Shown here one piece after another: positions 54,290 to 64,000 of a stretch of DNA of 64,000 bases; the stretch's first letter is position 1; every line of letters starts with the position of its first letter. The position numbers and the translations under genes were made by a program. The notes under the pieces are model-generated. The model saw only the letters and a list, made by a program, of their open reading frames with translations, ran no database searches and had not been told where the DNA came from. Source of the stretch: Gordius albopunctatus (lineage: Eukaryota); contig OZ193910.1 in NCBI GenBank assembly GCA_964276515.1, positions 248,001-312,000 of the forward strand, in the 5' to 3' direction.

Positions 54290-54785
54290 TTCTCTTTTTT
54301 TGAGTTTGTATTGTTTATTTGAACGTAAGAACATTATAAAAACGAAGTGGTATAATTCGAAAAATATAAGAGCGGGTATAAAACAAAATAAAAGATATAA
54401 TTAAAAAGCGCCGCATGTGTCATCTTATAAAAGTGGCCAGCTGTCGGCCAGGGATTTAAAATTGTACTTCGCTATTAAAATACCAATTTTTTGTTTAAGT
54501 AAAAAGTTTGTGAAATATTTGGAGGGCGGGCAGTGACGGCTGATATCTTCAAAAAGCTTGAAGGCGGCAGAACCAAAAGTGGCAGAAGATGAGGGAGGAA
54601 GCAACGATAGGGGTAAAGATATTAGAGGGTAGCAGGAGGGTGGCCTGGTATTTTACCCTTTTGTGGTGTTCGGCGAGGGTGAGAGCGTTGTAGTTGTTAG
54701 GGTTAGAGGGGGCCAAAATGTGTATGCAGGTGAAATCCCATTCCAGGGGTAGCCCATTTTGCCAAGGGACGAGGAAACCAGCCCG
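54290..54785 (-). mobile_element. 3' fragment of CRE-like subfamily B
   Basis: The reverse complement matches 51430-51890 (tgggatttcacctgcata, cacttttataagatgacacatgcg). Confidence 0.85.
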
Positions 54786-55559
54786 GGCGTTTTTACAACA
54801 CTAGTATAGCCTAAATTAGGCTATAGGGCTATTTTTATACCTCATTTATCTCAAAATCTAGGAAAAAATCTAAAAGTCTATTATTTTCCCTTTATATTTT
54901 TCAACGAGAAATATTAATGGGATTGTGGGATGTCTTTTGTAGACCAGAAGGGCTGATAATAATTATTATTTAAGGTATTTGCCCTTATTACAATTTCACT
55001 GCATATAAAATTATAGGGCATAGTTTTTCTTCAATTAAAAATGTATTGCCTCTTACTAACAGACTAATTCAATTTCTGAACACTCTTCTGTCTATTGTAA
55101 TATCCGTTCCGTAGTGTGTGAGAATTTAAACCAGAGATAACGACAGGCAGGCAGGCAGGCACTGCGCTTGGCTAAGCGGGCGGGGTCTGGGGAACAAGCC
55201 TCAAACAGGGGTTGGGCCGGGCCTAGCTTCTATACACTTCGTATGAAGGAAACGATGACATCGAGTCACATTGTTAGTTTAATTGAACATTAATTTTATT
55301 AATTTATTAAAATAAATGTGATTTACAGTCTTATGAAAATAAGTTAAACGAATTAACGAGGTGATAAACAACAACAATTTAGGTAAACAAAATTCATCAT
55401 CTTTCCAGGGTGCGCGTATATAAAAAATGATGGAATATAGAGTACGACCCTGCGCATCCTGATGAGCGCCATCTTTCACGTGATACTTTGTCACGTGATG
55501 ACGTATCCCTTAGCCCACTTGTCTAATATCGAAGCAGTTGGTCATAGTTGAGGTTAATG

Positions 55560-58500
55560 TCACGATTTCGAAACCTGCTCTCCAAAGTCGCCATTTTTTA
55601 CCGCCGCTCCCTCTCGAGATGGAGCAGGTACTTTCTTAGAACCGATTCGAGCGTGATTGTGTTTGTCGAAGGAGGAGAAGAAAGAAGCTAGCCTACTTTT
55701 CCTAACCAAACATTTTATAACGTTAAATATTTCAGTTTGCCGGAGAGTTTAAGAGAGTGTTTTTAAAGGGTTTGAAGGTGATGATGACAAGTTACAGAAA
55801 AATGAACGCCCAAAAATATTGTTGTTGGAATGAGGAATACGATAGCAGACATCGTTAAATCATGGATAACCCGTCTAAAGTTTACAGCTGGATAATTTAT
55901 AAAAGTTAACATGGGTGAGATGAGTTTAATTATTATTATATTAACATCCAAATTTTGTTTTAATACACAGCTCATCATGATGCTAAGATTAACATTACCA
56001 CTAATTCCTGTCTTATTACAAAATGAAAGAAAGGTATCCTTTTAGAACGAGGTAAGTTTAAAAAGAGTGAAACTAAGATATGACAATAAATTAATCTGGA
56101 AAAAAGACGATATAATATTAAAGTTGCTTTGACTGAAAGTTGCGTCAGAGCGATAGAAAAAATATATGGTACAACCTAGTAGAGGGTGGAGGCAGATCGT
56201 CAAAATAGTAATTTGTTGGGGCTCGATCTCGGAAAAGATTTAGGTGACGATTGCACGTTAGGATGCGTTTAAAAGCTTCCCTAAAATCTCGATTCTTCCA
56301 AGCGTAAATGTATGGATTAACAGCGCTGTTGGAATAATACAGGAGAACGCATATGCCATGGATGATGAAAAAACGGACTTTATTTTGGATTGAGTCATAC
56401 CTATATAATTATAGTTTGATTAAAATAATAAACGTTTCATCCATAATAAGTAAAATAAAACTTATTTACGGGGAATTAATATTGTTTGGACCAAATCTAA
56501 TATTAGCTAAAGGCATGGGCGTAGCCATGGGGGGAGGGAGAGAGGGGCAGCTGCCCCCCCTCTAAATCCAAAAATCTTTTGAAATTTAATATTATGGCTA
56601 AAAGGTAAAAAATAATTATTAGTATTTTTCCTAGAGTTGTTAAATTGCTAACTTTCTTCAAACTCCAGACGCGAGCACACACACTGAGTTGCTTAATATG
56701 CGCGTTAGCACAATATGTGCTCGCTGTTCGGAGCACTAGGAAGAGCATTAGCTTATAAAAATGCTCGAGGGCCGAGCAGAAACTCGAGCATATGGTAGCT
56801 GGAGTTGATGAAAGTTAGCAATATAACAACTCTAATTTTTCCCGTCCCTAAATCCAATCCTTGCTACGCTCATGGCTCCTTGAATTAAAGCAATAGTGCT
56901 GCTATAAATGTTGATAGATCTCAATTTTTGAGGTTAATGATTAGGGCAGACTTATAATACCACCACATCTATGGAATCAACTCTATAATTGTATTATTCG
57001 GGATTCAACAATAGCTAGCATGATTTATTTGGTAGTGTGGCGGGCGGGTGATGAGGCTTACTTAAATATGAGAGCGTATTCCATAATTTGCAGTGGGAGT
57101 CCTAGGGTAGCGAAAGTACCGACAATCATGGCTATCATGATGGTTGCTTTGGACGCTATTATTACTCCAGCCGATTCTCTGCGCGTTAGGGGCGCAGTTT
57201 CGTTAGAATGCCGCTGCAGGGATTGATTATCCAAGTCCTTCGAGGTATTGGACTGGCTGGTAGCCAAGTCTCCCTGAACCGTAGGCAAGAGTGGAATTAT
57301 GATTTCATCTTTATCATCGCTGATAGAAACGGCTCTTTGAGGCTTGAGGGATGGGTTGCCATTAGGACAGGCGTCGGTAGATAAAGAAGTCTCTCTATGA
57401 ATGATTTTAGGGGAAACGTGATGCACGTTGTTTAAAGAAGGGCTCGTAGTTTTGAGAATGCCATGCGGGACAAGGGGAGGCGAAAGAGTTTTAAATGGCT
57501 CCGAACCTAACGACTCGGTTTCGGGTTTTTCGGGAAGAGTAAAACTGTTTCTCATCCCCTCGGCCCCAGCATCTTCACGGTCAGGTACATTGCTGAGCGA
57601 TGGTTTTTTTACACTTTTCTTCACATCGCTAGAAGAATCGTTTATAGATCCATTAGTCCCAGTGCCCAGCGCATTATTATCGGTGGTGGGTACTGGTAAT
57701 GGTTGAGATGCGTTGTTTTTATTGCTATTGTTCTCTTCGCGATGCGGCGCGAGTACGTTTGAATGAGAGGTTAAGGATGTAGGCTGTGATGAAGCGCGCG
57801 CCGAGAAATCTTTGGAGAAGAGAGCCATGAGTTGGTGCTTGTTGCAAGCGTAAAATATTCGTGCGTAGAAAAGGGAAATGATGAATAGGAGTGAAACGAA
57901 GAGGATGAAATAAGTGATAAGGATGTAACGGTACAAGAGGTAGTAGTGAGATATGCTCCGTCCGTGCCAAAAAATGAAAAAATGTGGTACTACATATATA
58001 ATGACGGCAGCCAAACACCAAGCGCCGATTATGATGCAATTCGCCAACTCTTCCGTCATTATGGCCGTGTACCTATTTGTCGAAGGGGACAAAAATATCA
58101 TGTTCTTTTCATAGAGAATATTTACTAAATATTGCTTCATTTAAAAATTTGCACGGTCTAAGTGGATGTCTGGAGTTACATCAACCAGCGGTTTCAACAA
58201 ATACAATCTAAAAATCTGAAATTTATAAAGGGGATTAAAAACCTTATTTTACAACCGTAGTCGTTGTTTAAACCTGCTGGAGCAAAGTTATAATTGTCTA
58301 AAGTCTCAAAATCTTCAAACACAAAAACATCAATTTCAAATATATATTATTTCCGCTTACTTTCATACCCGAATCAAATTTTCCTAGAGTTATTTTTAAT
58401 TAACATGTTTTATAAGCATTTTCTCCGACACAATACACTACTTTAAATGAAAGTAAAGATGAAAAAATAACTCATTTGGCAAAAGATTTGCAAGATCTAA

Positions 58501-61500
58501 ATATAAAAATTAGGATGGTGTATGTGAGTGCAATTGAGAATATTTTCAGGCATACACCTACTTTATAAACGCCAACTCTTTGAAATAAATGATGATTTTT
58601 GGAGTGCCACAATTATTCAAGTTTCGTTAATAGCTTATGAAGGATAAATGAGTTCAAATAAAAATCTTCATAAATATTCAACTTATAAATAATGCATTAA
58701 AAAATTCGTATAAAAAACCGATATTTTTATGTTATGGAAATTGTTTTTAATAACCTAATTTCTGCAACGAACAATAAATAGGTTATTATCAAATGAATAA
58801 TTTACAATATTACCTCAGAGGATTGATGACGGATATAAACCGGTCGATAGTAACTCCTAGCAAACTCAATAGCGACGCAACGTTCATTGTGGTGGGGAAA
58901 GTGCCAAAAAATTGAACTCTTTTCCATGTAAACATTAATGATTGTATAAAACATCTATCATGAAATATATTTTACATTCAATTTAATAATTTAAAAGTAT
59001 AAAATGTAGCCCTAAATATTAATTATATATATGATAATTTCGGAGATAATTAGAAGAGCCATGGCAAAATTTTAGCTAACTCCTTTAGGCATTCCGTTGC
59101 CCAGGTGTTAAACATAAACACTCAAAGGGACGAAATCTTTTGAAATATTGACCAAAGGAGTATAATTGAATTAAAAAGGAGCCTTTGACCGAATTATATA
59201 TATTGAAGGTTTTCGAATCGATTTTTTTCATTCAAAGTGTACGGGTGACCCGAAACCCGACCCGACTCATAGGTTTGAAATCTTTAATATGCTTTCGGGT
59301 CGGACCGGGTCGGGCTGGATTTAAAGTGTCGAGTTAGAGATCATGAATCTCACGATGCAAAATACAGGGGACATATCTTTTAAATTAATGCTATTATGTA
59401 TAATATTTGTTATGAAATATCGAAATGTAAAATTGAAGATGATTCATCATTCAGTTAATAAAATTCCTTTAGTTTTTATCAAATCTGATTGTTTTAATTT
59501 GGAGGCAAATTTTTAATTGACTCGTGAAAGGTAAAATTGGTAGTTCATCATTAATTAAAACGCTTTAATATATATTCATAAAACAAATAAAAGTATATAA
59601 ATTTCAAATTAAATGTGATGCGATATTGTAGATGCTACATCATATTCTATAATGAATCATTCAAATAAATTTAGTAATCCAAATGGGGGGTGACGATATG
59701 AATACTTTCATAAATCGCACTTTAAGTTGTCAGCTAAATTTCATACACACCGGCCGGCATGGGGGGTGGGAGAGGGCGATAAAGGGAGGGAGGCCCAATT
59801 AGATCTTAGCCACAATCGATGAGATTCCTACCATTTTTTGCAGACTCGCGTTGGATACCAAATTCAAAACGCGTTTCACAGGGATTCCGTAAAAAAATTT
59901 AAACCCTATCGAGTCAAGCCGGGTCGAGTTCAAGTTGAAAAATGTAAAATGCTTTCTGGTCGAGCCGGGATGAGTTCAAGTTGAAAAAAGTGACTTTGCA
60001 GTTCTTTAATTCAAACCTATCCTAGTTGTAAATTACGAGTAATAACAATATAATGCATTTTGGATTTAGAGGGGTGAAATCGCCCCCCCCCGGCTATGCC
60101 TATGCAATGTAGTGTATGAGCATATGTAAATTTTTGCATTGACAAGCCTGCATATTGTATAACAACATTCCGCAGACACATACATCACAGGGGTCACAAA
60201 CAGTGTAAAGAGAGTGTGATTCAAAAATTATCAATCGATAATTATTCATTATTACCTTCCATCCGGGGGCCAAATTTATCGACGATTTATCAAAATATTA
60301 TCGATATAGTAGATCGATCGAGCCTTCATGCCATACTCAATGACTCTTAAATGAATGAACTAAATGCTTATTTTGTTGACAGTTACAGGGGGCTGCAATG
60401 CGGGGCACTTGCCCCCCCCCTCTTAAAGAATCCAAAAATTGTATTACACATCAATATATGTATAATAGCTTTCGGATGTGATGGAGGAAGATATAATTGT
60501 AATTAATTGGCTGAGCCACTTTAAAAAGCAATTATAACTGGGATGTGCTAAAAGGTACATGTCTGTTATAACACCTCGTAACTGTTACGTATTGGAGAAC
60601 AAATCTAGTATTTTATTAGAAAGTAGCTTTGTCTAAATGTATCAAATTCTGCTACACCAAATATAGCTGAAACAAAAACACAACAAAGTATATAAAATAA
60701 AATTGGTATTTCAAGATCAACGAGCTTTTTTTGAAGGGGAAATAATATAGATGATGATAGTGAATAGTGATTTTCATTAAAATCGATAAAACTAGTTTGA
60801 ATAAATTTAATCGATTAAATCCACGATTTAAATAATAATAATTGAGCTTTAAAATATCGGAAAAAGAGTATTCAGGCAGGAGTGCTGTGATCTACTATTA
60901 TTTATTTAGGTTAATTGATTTTAATCATGATGCAATACATTGCATAGCGAATCGCCGCCCTCAATTAAAACGCTTAAAAAGTGTATAATACAGCTATTAT
61001 TTTTAAAATTTTTAAAAATAAATTTAAAAAGGTAAGTTTTTGTGCTTTAAAATTTTGAAATCAAGTTAATTTTTTTCTCCGAAATCTAGTATTTTAAACT
61101 ATAAAAATAAATTAAAATATTCTAAATCTATTGATGAATAAAACATAATCGGAATTCTCAAATTTTATGACAAAACCTTGGATCAAATAAAATATATGAA
61201 TTCAAAAAATCACGCAATGAATTATTTTATAACATTCCATGTTTAAATAAAAATATTAAATAACAATCTGTCCCTTTTGAATTCAAAAAATCACGCAATG
61301 AATTATGTTATAACATTCCATCTTTAAATAAAAATCTTAAATAACAATCTGTCGCTTGGATTTTTAGATTTTATCACTATTAAATTTGCGAAAACAATAT
61401 TCTTTTAATTTAATAGAAAGAGACAGTATTGCCCCTGTTTTACGGATTTAAACACACATACCTGTTCCAACCAATTTTACAAATAAAAATAAGGCACAAA

Positions 61501-62635
61501 TAAAAAATGCAAAAAAGAAATAAAATTAAAATGAGTGAAAAATATATTGTAACCGGTAAGTAACAATTTCTCTGGCAGGATCCGAAGGATCTAAATATTC
61601 CACAATTTCTTGGATACTTCTACTAAGGCCCACACATAAATCAGCTACAGCCAGTGAAATCACGAATCTATTTGTTATGGTGTGCAGTCTTTGGAATTTA
61701 GCGTAGGCTACGAGGACCATGAGATTGGATAGGATTATGGCACCGAGGAATATATAGCTGAATGCCTTGAAAATAGTTTCGTACAGGCGTATATCTTGAT
61801 CTTCTTGCTCGGTCGAGTTGATGGCGGCTGCTGCTGCTGCTCTACCTGCTGCTTATAAAAAATTGCAAAAGAAAGTATCAAAAATATCGACGGGCTTAGT
61901 CCATCCATTCCGTTTTCCCTTTCTAAATTTTACAATATTTCCTATGTCTAGAGGCTACATTTTATCTTTGAATGCTTGATAATAACAACATAACAATTCC
62001 ACACAATGTAAATTGATCTGTAAATTGATCTTTAATCATTCAAAATCATTAAAAAGCCATAAGTAAATCAAAACCTGTATTTATGTTGTTAAAATTAGGT
62101 TACCAAAGTAGATTTCTCAATTATCTTAACTTTGGGGTCGTACTGACCCCACAAAGCTTTAAATCACCTTGGGATCATGTTAAAGAGTGAAAAAATCATG
62201 GAAATAGCAATATCACAAAATTTCATTACTAGTTGATTTGCTGGAGGGCGTCGTGGTAGTTGTAGCTTGGGAATTTCTATTCAATGGAGGATACCGAAAA
62301 TTAATGGGTGGTTCTTTGATTTTGGCTAATCCATCCGAATTCCTAAGGGGTATACCAATCAATTTTGGATCATTTTCAATGATAACTCTTCCCAAAAAAT
62401 CCTTTATATTATTTGGATAAGTTTTTGAAAAGTTATTACTCTGATTTGCATTGGCGATCGCATTTGTTTTGTAAGTTGTTTTAATTAGGTATCGTAGCGA
62501 TTTATGAAAATTAGACCGAATTTCCAAGGAATTCACAGGTGATTGTTCTAGAGATTTTTGAAGTTCTGATATTAGGGATGAGCAGAATGGAATGCCGAAA
62601 AGTATTAGTACAAACAAACGGCCTATAACTGCCAT
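55560..62635 (-). CDS. Class A orphan GPCR, paralogue of GPCR-1 (GPCR-2), with signal-peptide-like start and long N-terminal ectodomain; exons approx. 62635-62230, 61852-61554, 58918-58814, 58072-57062, 56400-56178, 55692-55560
   Basis: ITNRFVISLAVADLCVGL, MNVASLLSLLGVTIDRFISVINPLRY, FYARIFYACNKHQLMAL, TIMIAMIVGTFATLGLP, SAVNPYIYAWKNRDFREAFKRIL. The terminal exons are less certain. Confidence 0.88.
56514..56873. mobile_element. hAT-like MITE (CATGGGCGTAGC family) in a GPCR-2 intron
   Basis: catgggcgtagc ... gctacgctcatg inverted termini. Confidence 0.6.
61197..61352. repeat. Tandem duplication of an ~81-bp unit
   Basis: tgaattcaaaaaatcacgcaatgaattat...taaataacaatctgtc occurs twice with few mismatches. 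Confidence 0.85.
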
Positions 62636-64000
62636 TATTCTATATTTCCCTCAATATTTCAAGTAGAAAAATGAAAATTTGCTTCAAAGTTTCCTGTAGA
62701 TTTATTATAAAATCTGATGTTTCGCGGAATTCTGATTTGGATCATAGATTAACTATGGTATATAGTATTAAAAAGTAAAGATGTTGACAACTATTTAAGC
62801 CTTTTTAAAGGTCACAACGACATGTATGCCAAAAAAACTAGAGATAAAATTGTTTTTAGATTTTAGTAAAAAACACTTTGAATCTAAGTGGAATTTGCCA
62901 TTTGACACATCACATACACTTAGAGACAGTTGTTGTCATGATAATTGACTCATCATATTTATGAAATAAAATGAATATGTTGTATGATGATAATATGATG
63001 TTTTCCACTTTTTGTAATTACACAAGATCAATAATGTTTGAAATAATCTTTATTATTTTGTTGAAGTAGTTGCATGTTTGTCAATGCATCAAGCTTATGA
63101 CATGGGATGGGGACTTATGATGATATAGTTATGTTCATTCCATTTATAAATAAGATACTTAAATGGTAGATTGGACCTTTTTATAAATTATGCAAAATAA
63201 TTCTGCAAAAAATGCTCAAAATTCAAGGGAAAAACATTTTTTTGCAATTCAGATTAAATAATTTCCTGAGCCATCCCCTACGTTTAAAACCGATTTTAAC
63301 GAAATATTTTATATTTTTCTCACAATTTCTTTTTGAACAAATATAAATTAAAAATTTAAGAAATTTTCATATATGTATTTTTTAATTCCAATAATTTGTT
63401 GGTAAAATAAAATTTGGGATAATTTTGCATATATATCGTCTGCGTTTGTTTAACGGTTCTTTCGCGAAAAAATTGGGACATAAACTTAACTTACTTTCAA
63501 ACTATTTTCAAGATATTTATTTAGGAATAATTTGGAATAACAATCGCCAAAAGTAGGAATGTATCCGGATAAAATGAGATGAAAGGGTAGGTGCTAATTC
63601 TTTACAACTTATCGACTAAATGATCGAAAGACGACGATATGATGCAACATCATTGTTATCTTTCAAAGAGAATTACACCTCAAACATGCATCCCCCCTCT
63701 TCCTTATAGATTCTGGAATTAATCGATTCAAATATATTTCAAACCTTTCTCTCCTTCTCAATCCCTATATTGAGGAGGAGGAATATAGGGGGAGAGATGA
63801 TTGATCCTTATCATATTTCCTTTGTGTATGGGGTATGGATGGATAGTAGCATATTTTTATTTTATCGACGATGTTGATTACAACCGCGCGCGGTCGGTTG
63901 ATTAATAGAAAAGAGGGGAGGGGCAGCGAGCGTGAAGCGAATTATTATTATATTTATAATTTCCTTTATCCTCTCTCTCCCTCGCCCCTGAATACTACAC

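Noticed and set aside
55457..55490. Second hammerhead at CTGATGAG
   Set aside because: No stem II closing onto a GAAA box downstream.

Overview
AT-rich, intron-containing animal (invertebrate) genomic DNA, not prokaryotic. Most short ORF-track entries are exon fragments or noise. Genes reconstructed by hand from splice sites and protein motifs: the 3' part of an unnamed Pro/Ser-rich gene with a candidate 14-nt microexon (+), an intronless C1orf74/UPF0739-like gene (-), a very short Bsx/Bsh homeobox gene (+), NDUFAF7/MidA (-), POLR2K/RPB12 (-; absent from the ORF track), synaptojanin (-), and two paralogous atypical class A GPCRs in convergent orientation flanking synaptojanin. Mobile DNA includes several CRE-type (RT + restriction-like endonuclease) non-LTR copies, a Ty3/gypsy relic, a Penelope-like relic with a minimal hammerhead motif, a Helitron/DINE-like tandem array and many MITEs. 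The most striking observation is that a tightly linked C1orf74-POLR2K unit occurs twice, about 19 kb apart, with reciprocal decay: intact C1orf74 with broken POLR2K at ~7 kb, and broken C1orf74 with intact POLR2K at ~25.5 kb. The very tight spacing hints at a shared or bicistronic transcript. All calls come from manual reading; no database searches were run.
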